A stretch of 64,000 bases of DNA from Piromyces finnis finn (lineage: Eukaryota; Fungi; Neocallimastigomycota). Shown piece after piece: positions 1 through 13,900 of this stretch. The translations under genes and the position numbers were made by a program. Within the stretch, counting starts at the first letter, position 1. Each line of letters opens with the position of its first letter. Where the stretch lies: assembly GCA_002104945.1 (NCBI GenBank), contig MCFH01000034.1, forward strand, positions 527,531-591,530, read 5' to 3'. The notes under the pieces were generated by a model. The model was not told the origin of the DNA, made no database searches, and was given only the letters and a program-made list of their open reading frames with translations.

Positions 1-970
1 AATTTTTTTTATCAGACTTTTTACACAATTCTTTTTTTACTATAATTTGAGATTTGTTATTATTATTAAAAAAAAAAAAAAGAAATATATATATAAATTT
101 AATCATTATCTGTATTTTTAAAGTATTGGAAGTCAATAGATTAAAAAAAGTTATAATAACAATTCTTGTAAAAAAGAATAAAAAGATAATAATAATAATA
201 ATAAAAGAACCTTAAAAAAATAAACAATAAACGTTTAATTGAAAAAATACAAAAATAATATATAATATGCATATATAGAAATTGATAATAGTATATATCA
301 ACGTATTTCATTTATTTATTGTTTACGGAACAATCGCATAATTGTCATTTTCAAGATAATTTGAAAAGTATATTTTTATACTAAACTTGATTATTATAAA
401 AGTAATTTGAAAAACCTCTTATATTATTATTATTTCAAATTAATTGATTACAGTTATGTAAAACATTTTAATTTTGTGAAAATAGTCGTATTCTATTAAG
501 TCACAACATCAAAATCATAAATATTTTAAATATATTTGAAAAATCCACATAGAGAGAAAAAAAAGTAGTATAAAGACAACAACAAAAAAAAAAGTAGCAA
601 AAGTAAAATAATAAAGTGAAATAAATTCTTTGAAAGATTTATTGACATTATTAAAATTTAAATATACGTTAATTTTCTTTATATAAAGTTTAAAAAGATA
701 AAGGCAAAAAGTTTAAATAGTTATAATACAAAATAATATTTATTTAATTTATTTTCAAAAGGTAATGAAAACAGATTTAAAATAAATATTTTAAGATATC
801 TTATAATTGGCATATTATTTATTGATATATAATATAAATAGTTTTTTTTTTTAGTATGGAAACAGGTAATAAAATAAAAATTTAAAATGAATACAACCTA
901 AATTTTTACTTATTGGTACGATTTTTTTTTCTTTATATAATATTTAGAAAACGTAATTCTTAAAAAGTCA

Positions 971-3491
971 ATGTCTAATGCAAGTACATATTATCAGAAA
1001 TCAAAATTTGCTTCATCATCAGATACAAATATAAGAAAAATAGGTAGTCTACAACAATTTCAAGAAGATGAAATTTCTTCTGTATCTACTTATTCTTCGC
1101 AGTTCAATACAAACTCATCAGGACTCTATACCCCAAGAAAAAAAGTAGGCGTAGCAAAATTATCTGACAGTATTATCTCTTTAAGTGATTTTAGATACAC
1201 TGATACCCATCCTCAACAACAAAGAATAATATTATGTCAACTTCAAAAACATACAAATAAATTAATTCAAGAAGGAAAAATAAGACCATTACCAAAAGAT
1301 GCCCAGAAAGGAAAGAAAGGTAAACATTTTAATTGTTTAATTTTAAAATAAAAAAGAATCAATACTAATAAATATATTTTAAACGGTAAACACAATATCT
1401 TTAAAAAATAAAACAAATATAAAAAACAATAATAACGGCAAAAACAACAATCATTTTTAAACCATATATATATGATTATATAAAATAACAACAACAATGT
1501 CCGCCAAAACAAAACAAATATAAAAAATCGTCATCATCGTCAAAACAAAATAAATATAAAAAATTATCATCATCGTCAAAACAAAACGTATATGAAAAAT
1601 AAAAATAACAGAATATAGTATGAAACCAAAGTCTAGAACAATGAATCGTATTAATGCCTTTCTTACAAAGAAAAAATCAAAAAAAAGTAAAGAAGGTATA
1701 TAATTGTTTTGATTTAAATATTTATATTAGAAAATATTTACAAGATATTAACTATTGATAAACAATGAAAACATATATTTATGTATAATTATAGAAAATC
1801 TTCATATCTTAAAATTAGCAGTCCATGACCATAGAGTTCAACAAGCTTGTTCAATTATTGATGATTTATCATCCAATACATTTAGAAAAAGAAATTTCTC
1901 AGAAGCTAATGATATATTTTTAAAAGCAATGCTTAATAATTTGGAGCCAGTTGTATTATCAATGCTTGATAAAGGATTCCCTCCAAATATTAATTTACCA
2001 ATTTTTGAAATTCAAATGAGTAATGATATTAAAGTTGATTTACCTTCATATTTCATTTTAGCTGTAGCTCTTGGTATGGATAATGTAATTAAAGTCATGA
2101 TAAAAGTAAGCATTAAAATGATAATGTTAAAGAAAAAAAGATTTTATTATAATAGTAATCTTTAATGATTAAATTATTAACGATCATGGAATGATAATTT
2201 ATTATTTTATAGAAAGCCTATATCAATCAATCATGGAATGGTTTAACGGCATTACATATTGCCTGTTGTAAAGGGGATGAAAAATTAATTAATTTGCTCA
2301 TTGATTATGGTGCTGATGCATCTCAACCTATACCAGTAGAACAATATTTGAATTTAGGTAGATTAAAATCGCTTGAAGCACGAATTATAACACAAAAAAA
2401 GAGTGTACTTAGTGGAACTTATATGGAAGAACAATTGGGAACAAATAATTACATCCCTCAAAACAGTTCATTAATAAAGCCAAATGTAAAAGCACCCTTC
2501 TTGTTCCCTATTGATTTTGCAGCAGCCACTGGAAATATAAAAATAGCAGGTCTAATAATTAACAAGTAAGATTTAGCATTGCTATCTATCATGAGTTTTT
2601 GTATTTACATAAAGATATGTTATGATTAATAATTAAATTTTTTTCTTTTTTTTCTATTAGGGTTGATATTAATGGTATAAGAAGAAGTAGGTATTGTTTG
2701 ATGATGCAACAACAATATAATATGAGTATGGTATTGTTAAAATATGGTGCTACATTTCCACAAGTGAATATATGGTAATTATTTCAAAAAAATTTTTTAT
2801 CGACTTTATCTCTAAAAGACTATTATTAATTTATTGCGTATTCAAACTGTCATTTATTATTTCATAGGAATGATACACCTCTTCATATTGCCTCTCGACA
2901 AGGAAATTTAAGACTTGTTATTGTCTACTCATATTTATTTAATGTAAATACACCTGGACAAAATGGATGGTATGTATTTTAAATAAATGAAAAAATATAA
3001 TATTTTAATTAGAGGGATGCGTAATTTATTTTAATCCAAAATTTTATACTAATATTAAAGGTATCCACTTCATGAAGCCATTGTAAGAAATCATAGAGAT
3101 GTTTGTCAATATTTACTAAAAAGAGGTGCCTCCACAGAATTAACTAATTATGAAGGTTTGACACCAAAACAATTAGCAGAAAAATGGGGAATATCAAGTA
3201 GTGATATTGAATCATGTTTAGGTATATTTTGATAATATCAATAATTATTAAGTAAAAACAAAATTTTAATCTCTTTTTTTAAATAAAATATATTTATACA
3301 TAAAAAAAAAAGATCAAACGGTTGAATTTGTTGTTGAAAATGAAATCAGTGAGAAAGAAATTTTAGCTAAAGTTAATCGCTATTTATCAAATTTAGCTAT
3401 AATGAATTCATCAAGAATAAGACAAACTAAAAAGAAAAGTCAAATATTATTACCAAAAGTATTCCAAAAAGAACAATCCGCACATAAATAA
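971..3491 (+). CDS. Multi-exon ankyrin-repeat protein (5' exon structure uncertain)
   Basis: Exons at ~1793-2106, 2212-2567, 2661-2774, 2868-2969, 3061-3221 and 3313-3491 have GT/AG ends. They encode ankyrin motifs: GLTALHIACCKG, NDTPLHIASRQGN, YPLHEAIVRNHRDVCQYLLKRGA. Whether ORF 971-1321 or ATG 1620 is the start is unresolved. Confidence 0.75.
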
Positions 3492-4776
3492 AATTGATCA
3501 TCATCATCAAGTCTTTTCTTTTTATTTTAAACTACAATTAACCAATACGCTAAACAAATATTTTATTAACATATATATTAAAAAAAATAGAAACTAAAGT
3601 ATTAAGTTTTTAAAAAAAAATATTCTTTTTTTTCGCAATTTTATAATTTTTATTATTTTTTTAAACAAAACAAAACGAGAAAAATAAGTAAATATAAAAA
3701 AAAAAAACGAAACAAAAAAACTAAAAACAAACAAAACAAAAAAAAAGCAAAAAAAAAAAAATAAAGCAAAAAAAAAAAACATACAGGAATAAATAAAATT
3801 ATAAAATATTTATACTTTCAACGCAAAGAAATGAATATAATATATACATCAATATCAATAAAATTTACATTAAACAATAATAATATCCTAAAAGAAAAAA
3901 TTCCATGAATTATATATATATATAAAATCTATTATAAATTTATAAATAATAAAAGTAAAATAACAATATAAATATGTAATATTTTTAAATTTGGTTTAAC
4001 TAAAAATAGTATTATTTATATTATTTATTTAATTTACATTATATATATGTTAAAAAACATTCAAAAAAAAAAAACCTCTTTTTTTCTTTTTATATAAATA
4101 TATAATTATTTCTTTATAATAAATTCCACCTACCATTAATCCTTTTTTTTTTTTTTTATTTCTTTTTATTTTTATTTTTTTTTATGCTTTTTTTTTTTTT
4201 TCCTTTCCTCATCGTTGACCTTGATATTCATTAGTAAAAAAAAAAAAAAAAAAAAAAAAAGAATCATTCATATTATGTATTAATCTAATATATAAATATC
4301 TAATAATACCAACATTATCAATTATCATTTATATTTTATTGTAAAAGAAGTGAAGTTTAAAAAATATAAATATATAAATAACCAAAAACAAAGTAAAAAA
4401 TTATGTTTAATAGGATATCTTTTAAAATTAACAAAGTATATAAAATAAAATAAAACAAAACAAAAAAAAATAAAATAAAAAAAAAATTGAAAAAAAAAAA
4501 ACTTTCAAAATTGTTTAATGCTTAAAAAGCAGCTACATTCCTTTCCTTTTATTATTTAAAAAATATTTAAAAAATTTTTTCTTTTCTTTTGGTAAAAATT
4601 TATACTTTAAAAAAAAAGTGGGTTGGGTAGTACAATTAAAAGTAAAAAATAAAAAAAAAAAATTAAAAAATTAAAAATGGTTAAAAAGGTTTATTGAAAC
4701 AATTTGCTTAAAAAAAAAAAAAAAAAAAATTGAAATTATAAAATAAAAAAAATAAATATAAATATTTTTTATTTTT

Positions 4777-4808
<32 letters not shown>

Positions 4809-4811
<3 letters not shown>

Positions 4812-4885
4812 AGCTCTATTATTGTACCAACCTATATTGAAGCAAAAGAATTGGCAGACTGGATTTTGGATCCAAATATGAAAGC

Positions 4886-4924
<39 letters not shown>

Positions 4925-5881
4925 AAAGAAATTTAAAAATAAAAATTATTAATTCACCTAATAATAAGAAGAAATAATAAGAATAAGAATAAGAAATAAT
5001 AATAATAACAATATTGTTGCTATTATTGTTATAATTATTATATACTCATATTAAATTCATTATTATTTTTTATTATAACGAAATCCTAATTAAAATATTT
5101 CAAAAAAAATTATTTATTCTTTTTTTTTTTTTTTTTTTTTTTTTTATAGCATATATATATAATATTAAAATTCATAAAGTATTAAATAACCCTTTTTTAT
5201 TATTATTATTATAATAATTTTCCAATTTTTATAATGAAAAAAAAAAAGAAAGGATTACATTATAATTGATGTTAGAGATGATGACTATCCTGTAATTATC
5301 CATTTTATTTTTATTCATATTAATTTAAAATATTTATTTATTACTTATATAAAATAAATATAAATATATATATATATAATAATAATTAAAAACAATTTTA
5401 AAAAAAATAAATAATTCAATTTATTATAATAATTCAAAATTGAATTCATATTACACCAAATATGTCTCTATATTGCTATAATATTAATAATAAAATAGTT
5501 ATTTTACTACTATTATTAACTAATTTTATTTATAAAAATAAAATACACCTTTTTTTTTTTTTTTACAAGTTTGGTAATATATGTCATTGTAAAAATATAC
5601 CAAGTATTAAATTTTTAGATAATATTGAACATTATGTTTTAAAATGTAAAAGAATTCCAAAAATTGTTTTTCACTGTGCCATGTCTCAAGTTCGTGGACC
5701 AAAATGTGCTAATCGTTATGCACTTACTTTAAATAGTTTATTAGAAGCAGGAGAAATTGAAGATATTGACCAAAAAGTTTATATTTTAAGAGGTGGTTTT
5801 ATGAATTTCCAAAATATCTATAAAACAAATCCAAATCTTGTAGAAAATTTAATAGAAGATTATTGGCTTAATCCATACTAA
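4809..5881 (+). CDS. YCH1: Rhodanese/Cdc25-like phosphatase / arsenate reductase (Ych1/Ibp1/Acr2 family), 3 exons
   Basis: Exon 1 MSSIIVPTYIEAKELADWI, exon 2 DYIIIDVRDDDYP (~5250-5291), exon 3 FGNICHCKNIPS...FHCAMSQVRGPKCA...VYILRGGF with the HCX5R catalytic loop. Confidence 0.85.
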
Positions 5882-6568
5882 CTTTTTTTTTTTTCATCAT
5901 TTTAAAATAATTATTTATAGATAAATATAACTTTTTTTTTTTTTTTTTAGCAATACAATAAATAAAATGAATGCTTTTCAAAGTTAATAGTTTTATAAAT
6001 CATTGAATAAAATAAATAAAAATATAAATTTATAATTTATTAAAACTTTTCTTGCAAAAAAAAAAAAAAAAAAAATAATTATTAAATAATTTAAGAATAC
6101 ATAAAGTATTGGCAATGGTGAAAATTGGCCAAAATATTTAATGTTAAATAAAAATTATAAAGTGGAAAGGAAAAAAAAAAAAAAAGTGAACCTTTCTATG
6201 TATCTTAAAAATGTTAAGAATGAGGTGAGAAGAAAGGATTCCTTTTAAAGAAAAAGAAATAGGAACAATTTAAGACTTTGTTAAAATTAATAATAATAAT
6301 AAAAAGAAAAAGAAAAAATGTATTCTATTAAATTAATTTCAATAGGTCATAATATGGAGTAATCCCTGGTTATTTTTATTAAAGATAGTATAAATATAAA
6401 ATTTGGTATATTAAAACTCAAATATTATTTGATTTATGACATCGTTTAATAAAACAATTTAATTTTCTTCTCTAAAAAGTCTGGCAGATGGTTTATTACT
6501 TGTTGCTGTTGATTTTAGTATTTTAGTATGAAAAGTAGTCAAAAAAAAAAAGTTATTTTAACCATGAT

Positions 6569-7125
6569 TTTTTTTTTTTTTTTTTTTTTTAACTTCCGAG
6601 TGCATTTCTCCCATCGATCAGAGTTAGCTCCAATGGTGGTTCTTAGAGAAACGTTGGCTCATTCCTATTGCTAGGTGGTTGTGACCCTCCTGGTCTGTCA
6701 TACTGTTTCTTCAGCTTCGACGCTCACTTAATCCATGTACATTAGATGCATGTCGTTGTACGATATTTCACAACTACAATGCTAAGCCTCTTATAGTCAA
6801 TTTGATCACGTGTCAACCGCCCCCTAATGTTTACACTTAAATTGATTAAGGAATATTATGTGTTTTTGGCATAGCCTAAGTCACCACTTATTAAGTTCTA
6901 ATTTGGAATGTACCATGTACACTAGACCCTCTCAGGCCGGCTAGACGAGTGTTATTATCATAGTAGTAAATTAGAAAGTTCATTTATACTTACCTGAATA
7001 TCATAACCCAACCCATGGCAAACCCAGTGGGAAAATCCACAGGCACTGACATCTGCGGGGTCGAACCAGAAGCCTTATGTATGCTAAGGAAACGCCTTAA
7101 CAACCAGGATAAAAACTGGAACGAC
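6569..7125 (-). mobile_element. Full-length tRNA-derived SINE with poly(A) tail and 13-bp target-site duplication
   Basis: GC-rich island. B-box GGTTCGACCCC at 7067-7057, 5-bp/7-nt anticodon-like hairpin CCTTA-GCATACA-TAAGG at 7089-7073, and poly(A) seen as a T-run at 6569-6590. TSD ttttaaccatgat at 6556-6568 and 7126-7138. Near-identical second copy at 58236-58764. Confidence 0.9.
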
Positions 7126-7327
7126 TTTTAACCATGATATCATTTATTATATATATATATATATAATAAAAAAAGAATTATTAAATATCTTTTATAATTT
7201 CAAAAATACTTTTTTAAACACTAAACCGTTTTTTATTAAATGTAACCTTTTTTTTTTTTTTATTTTTATTTATTTTATTTTATTTTATTTTTTTTTATAA
7301 TATATAATTTATTAATTTTATTTTCTG

Positions 7328-7359
<32 letters not shown>

Positions 7360-7462
7360 TTATTATTTATTTATTTATAATAAATGTAAATGTAAACTAA
7401 TTTAATTAGGTGACTCTTACATAAAAGAAAAAAAAATTAATTATTATATAGTATAGTAAATG

Positions 7463-7495
<33 letters not shown>

Positions 7496-7941
7496 TATTA
7501 AATTAAAATAGAATGTGTATTAAATTAATTGTTTTGTTTTGCTCGTTTTTTTTTTTTTTAATACCTAATTTCCTCGGTCTTCTATTTGCTATTTTTTTTT
7601 TATATACATATAAATATAATTTTTAAAATAGCCAAATAAAAGAAAAACTATATATATACATAAATATATATTTTTGGGCATGGAACTATTTTCAATCTTT
7701 ATCATCTTTTTTGTTTTTCTCTTCCAATTATAATATAAAATACTTATAATAATATTATATGATTCTTTTATATCAATATGTTTTTTTTTTTTTCCTTTTT
7801 ATTTTTATTCTATTTTATTAATATTATTATTATTACTATTTTTTTTTTTTCCATTTTGTAAAATAATTATTTTACAAAAAATAAAAAAAAAAACTATAAA
7901 ATAAATAATAATATTAATAAAAATAAAAATAAAAAAACAAC

Positions 7942-10900
7942 CTATTTAACCTTCTTCTTGAGCTTTTTATTATTTCCCTTAGCTTTTGAATTATCATCTA
8001 TTTTTGCTTTTCCTGGTTTGTTTTTATTAGAATTATTGGTGTTGGAGGAAGTACCATTTTTAAACTTTTTCTTATTATTGTTGTTGTTATTATTATTATT
8101 ATTGTTATTATTATTACTGTTGTTGTTGTTAACCGTTACATTATTTGGATTTGGATTAGCAATAGTGGTGGTGGTGGTGGTGGTATTAAGAGTATTTGAA
8201 TTATTAACATTCTTGTTATTTTCAGTTTCGGATTTTTTATTATTAAATTTTTGTTGCTTCTTTACTTTATTTTTGGAATTCTTTTTGTTTGTCATACTCT
8301 TTTGGCCATTTTCTTCCTTTTTTATTGCGTTTGTAATATTGCCATTTTGGATGTTTTTGTTTGTATTATTTGAATTATTTGTAATTATTGTGGTCGTTAC
8401 GGTCGTTATGACAGTGGTTTCATCTCCTTTATTCTTTTCTAAACTTTTATCTTTATTTTCTTTTAATTTATTATTGTTATGAGCTTTGGTTTCCTTAATA
8501 GTAAAAGAATTAATACGATTTTTATGACCAACAATACTATTCTTTCTTTTTCCTCCTTTATTATTTTCTTCCTTTTTATTATTCTTATTATAATTATTTT
8601 TATTCTTTTGATTTCCTATATTACAACCATGCTTTGATTTCTCCTTGACTTCGCTTTTGTTTTGATTATTCATTTTATTATCTTTACTTTTATTATTAGC
8701 ATTATTCTTTTTATTCTTCTTTTCTTTGGGAGGACTGACTAAATTAGTATTGCTGCTTATACTACCAACACCTTTGATAGCTAACTTTCCTTTTTCGTTT
8801 TTCTTATTATCATGAATACTACTGTCAAAACTTTTTTTACCTTTACCAGTATTAATTTTATTTTCTTTGTTATTTTTATAGTCAATAAGTACATCATTGA
8901 CAATAATGTTATTTTCTAAATTAATTTCAATACTGGAATTTTTATTCTTTATATTTAATAAAAATTCACTTCCTTTACTTCCAGAAAGATTATTTCGAAT
9001 GTTAATATTACTGTTTTGTCCTTTACAATCTTCCTCAGATCCTGGTTCTTCTCCTTTAGAATATATTTCGCCTGGTTCACAACTAATTTCCTCATTATAA
9101 AGCGTTCTTTCTTCTTCACTTTTATTACCATCTAAATAAATAATGGCTTGTTCCTCGTCAGTATGATGACTAGCTAATGAAAATTCTGTTGGACCATCAT
9201 TTTTTCCTGTATTCTTGATAGCAAAATTCTCCATCTTATTTCCATTTTCTTCGCTATTGTCTCCATGTAAATAATTGGGTTTTTTCTTTTGTGGTTTATA
9301 ATTATCTTTGGCAGTATTACTACCTTCTTCATTTTCCTTAGATTTTTGTTTTCCAATAGTATGACCATTTTCACCAGATGATTTTTTATTAGCCTTATTA
9401 ACAAGGAATTGTGAATTTGGCCATTGAGACTTTTTATTTTCTAACTTTCCATAATACTTTTTATTACCACTAAATGTTGTTTTGGAAGAACGATCGCTCT
9501 TACTTTCTTTGGTTAAATCTTTTTTGTCTTCTAATACGCCGTCATGACTAATTTCTTTTGGTATATTCTCACGAGAAGCAAGTATTGGATTTAGAGAATT
9601 ATCAACAACGACGGGAACTAAGGGTTGATACGTATGATATAAACTACCTTCAGGAATTGTTATATTATTATTTGAGGCGTATATAGCTTGATTTGTTGCG
9701 GGTATGATTGGTATTGTTTCAACAGCATAGCCTAAAGGTTGTGCCCTACTTTGGTATGGACTTCCTGGAGGATGAGCAGCAGTTTGTGCTGGAATAAAGT
9801 AATTTATTAGGTTTACATTATTAAGTTTGGTGTAATAATGACCATATGCATTACCACTAAGTACAGGGAAAGAAGTAGTATAGCCTGTCATTACAGATTG
9901 ACTATTTTCACCATTTGGCTTTATTTTATTACTACTGCTACTACTACTGCTACTACTACTATTTCCCTGTGTAGTAACTGAATTTACGTTTGAATTATTT
10001 AAATTAATAAATATAGGATAAGGTGGATATCTCGCGCTATTAATTATGTTTTGTTGTTGTTGTTGTTGCTGTTGTTGTTGTTGCTTACTGATACCTTCTT
10101 CAGTTAATGTCATTTTTTGATCTTGAGCTTGAACATAAACAAATTGTTTATAAAATTGGGCACATTCTTGATTTACATAACTATAATAATTATTAAAATT
10201 ATTTATAATCACAGGTTTAGATGAATTAGTTTGATCTTCTGTACCTTTACTACTTGTAGTAGCTTCATTATTAGTATCATCATCCATATCTTTAATTTCA
10301 TTACTTTCAGTTTCATTTTTATCATTTTCTAATTCCTCGATTTGGGTATCATCTTTTATTTCATTTTTTCCTTTATTCTTTTTTCTTTCAACTTGATCTA
10401 TATTACTTTGTGAATTATCACCAACTATATTTTCATTACTACTACTTATATTATTAATATCGGTTGCTGAGGTTTTAGAGGCGTACGTTGATGTGATACT
10501 ATTTGTAGTCATATTATTACTGCGATTATAGTTATTATTTAATTTATTTTCATTATATGCTTTAGTATCATTTCTACCATCACTAACAGCATTTTTATTG
10601 CGATTAATACTTAAATTAGAACTATTATTATAGTAATATTGGGGTGAAGAAGATAACGAAGTTGAATTATCGATATTTCTATGGTGCTCTATAAATCTAT
10701 TTTTAATGACAATTTTTTCATTATCCATTTCATCAGTTTCTTTATTACTTACATAGTTTGATTTATCATGTTTTCTATTATTATGAATATCTTTGTCTAT
10801 ATAATTATTCCTATTGAAGTTATTGTTTCTTTTATTATTAATGTAGGATGAATTAGAGTTAGAATAATGATTATTCAAAAAACTGTTATCATTAGGGAAA

Positions 10901-13900
10901 CGACGAGCGTAATAATAACTTTCACTTGGAGGGGAAGTTGATGAAGAAGTGGTATCATTTGGATCTGTAGGCTTCTTTTTCGTATTCCAAGCAAGTTTTT
11001 TATTTTGGAATGGTGAATTTTCTAAAGAATTGTTGTTTGATGGTGAAGAACTATTATTATTGTTATTACGAATTCTCCAGTTTCCATTTTTATCGGCAAC
11101 ATTCATACTTCCTGGAAAAGAGGTTGTACCTTTTCCATTTTTTAAATTAGAAAACGGATTTGCAGGATTACTAATAAATAAATGATCATTATGAATAGTT
11201 CCGTTACTAGTGTAACTATTATTTTCAGGAGATCTACTTTGATTTTGATAATAATAGTTTGATGTATAGGCATAATTGCTTGGATTTGGTTTATAAGGTT
11301 CACAAAGCTCTTCGAGGGGACCTCTAGATTTTAAAATTTTAAAAGCACGTTTAAATTCCCAACGAAGACCTTTTACACTATAGCGATTAGCACAATTAGC
11401 AAGATTTCTAGTGGTATTAAAAGGTTCTTCCACACAGAAATAATTATTTCTAATTCGTGTATTATTGGAAGACACATTCCAACCATTATCAGATTTCTTT
11501 TTATAACAACCACTTCTCACAGATACAACATCGGTAATATAATCAAAATCACAAGCAAAGGTTTTAAAAAAGCCAAATATCAATTCATATAATGTTTCCT
11601 TATTATCCTTTCCAAAGCCTTTCAATTTATCAAGATCTGTATATATTGTACAATCGATACCATCAACAATAATTCTTTCCTCTTGTGGGATATCTTTAGT
11701 CATTGCGTGAAGGCATGGCAAAATTGGTGGCTTTCTCATTTGTAAAAAGTTAATGACCATATTTACCCAACAATACGAACTTAATGTTCCTGTTTTGGCG
11801 TCATTAAGCATTCTTTGTCTAGCAAAATATTTAATGGTCATAATTAAAGGTTTCACTCTCTCATCGATTAATGCATAAGTTTGAATCATTTTTGTATTGT
11901 AAAGGGCAATAGTATTATTTACATTAATATCGCATGAAAGGTTAGTTTCTGGGTCAACAAAATTGCATATTGGTACTTTGGCATTTGGCGTAGTACGAAT
12001 CTTTGTAATATTATTTTCTTCCAAAATTTTCTTTATAACTTCCATATCACTTAATTCACAATCAACTCTATCATTTGTTGTTAAACATATATCAACATCA
12101 CTGTTATAGGTACCTAATTCATTTGCTGAGGATCCAAAAAGATGGGCTTTAACGCCCAAGTTTGGATAACGATCTGAAAATATTTTTTGAATACGTTTTA
12201 AAAGACTCAATTTTTTTGTTTTACTTTCTTCATTAGGTAAATTTTTAGTATAAAAGTCCAACATTTCTTTTTCAAGAGAAGCTGCATACTCCTTTATTGA
12301 TTTTTCAAAATCTGCTGATTTCTTTCCATTTTTTTTATAATACTGTGACTTCTCATAATAATTCTTAGAATATTTTTCTTCAGAATGTACACTTGAAATT
12401 GAAATTTCAGGGGAAAAGGCGTTACTGTAATATGAATAATTATCTTCATCTCTTTTTTGACTATTTTTAATGGCTATAGAACTAGTCGTTTCTTTCGAAA
12501 ATTGCATCTCATTATCTATATTATTTTGATTACCATTTGGATTACGTTCCTTTAATAGGCTTTCGTTAACAGTTAAAATTTCTTTACTTGGCTTCTTTAA
12601 AATATGATCACTATTAATTTTACTTTCAGTGTTTTTCGTTAAATTTTCTAGTTCATCTGTATCTTCAATAGTTATGATTGGTTCTATTTTTTCATTTTCA
12701 TTAATAGTATATAATTTACCATTATTATCTAAATCATTACTACTAATTTGGATAAATTCTTCCTCGGCATTATCTAAATCTTCTATAATAAGATTAGATG
12801 ATTTATTTTCTAAATTATTCGTTATATCTCCAGGAAAAGCATTTGTTGTTGGTATACTAGTTGATTCTGATTCACTAACACATACTATATTTGACATAAA
12901 GCTAGAATTTTCAGACTCGACCAAAGTATCTTCATTCAATACATTATTGTATAATGGATTTAGATAATTATCCTTAGATCCATTTCTTGAGACTTTTCTA
13001 TTTATTTTATCCTTGGGATCTTGAACTTCTATTTTATGAGTTTTATTCTTATTCTCCTTTTCTGAATTATTTACATTTAGCGATGTTGCACCTTTACTTA
13101 TTACCAGTGATATTTCTTTATTTACTAAATTATGAACTACAACATCTTTATAGGTGAGCGACGTTTTTTCCGAATCCGTTACATTTTCTATGTTCAATCC
13201 ATTATTCAATGAATTGGAGGAAGGCTCCTTTTTCAATTCATTATTATTATTCTTTTGTTCTGATATGTTATTGTTTATTATATTATTTGAGGATGAAAAT
13301 AATAGCATTGATTTACCTTTTGATACTTTTGGTGATGATTTTTCAAATATTAGTTGACTATCTTGTTTTTCTATTTTAAATGATTCAGAAGATTTTGTTT
13401 TTATTTTAGTAGGAGGTATTGGTTGGGAAGGCGATATTGGTGATAAAGGATTTTGTTCATTCTTAATAAACTTTTTATTCTCATCATCATTATGTGAACT
13501 ACTTTTGGTAGATAATGGGGAGGATGAATATGCGTCTTGACTAGTTGGAATATCTAAAGAGGGGGATTCTAATGATGTTGATGGAAGAGATTGGTCCAAT
13601 GACATAGAACTTGAAGTAATCTTTAAATGTTTATCGGATTCAACGGTTTCTTCTTCTTTACTTTTATTTTCAAAACTATCTTTTTTATTATTGATTCTTA
13701 CTGATTCTTTGATAGATATTTCTTCCTTCATTGACATTTTCCCTAGATCATCCTTTGATGTTTTATTATTAACTGGATATGAGGAAGTTATTGTTTCTGT
13801 TACTGAAGATACATCATGTTCACCAATTATATTTTCTAAAGGACCTTTAATATGCGGTGTTAATGATAAATTATCTGATTTTCCGGATGAGATTGAAGTA

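Noticed and set aside
6986-6996. ATACTTACCTG is identical to the U1 snRNA 5' end
   Set aside because: The downstream sequence has no U1 stem-loops or Sm site; it is the reverse complement of a splice-donor-like motif within the SINE.
7048-7125. Functional tRNA gene
   Set aside because: The acceptor stem does not pair, the anticodon loop lacks U33 and there is an internal T5; it is a SINE head.
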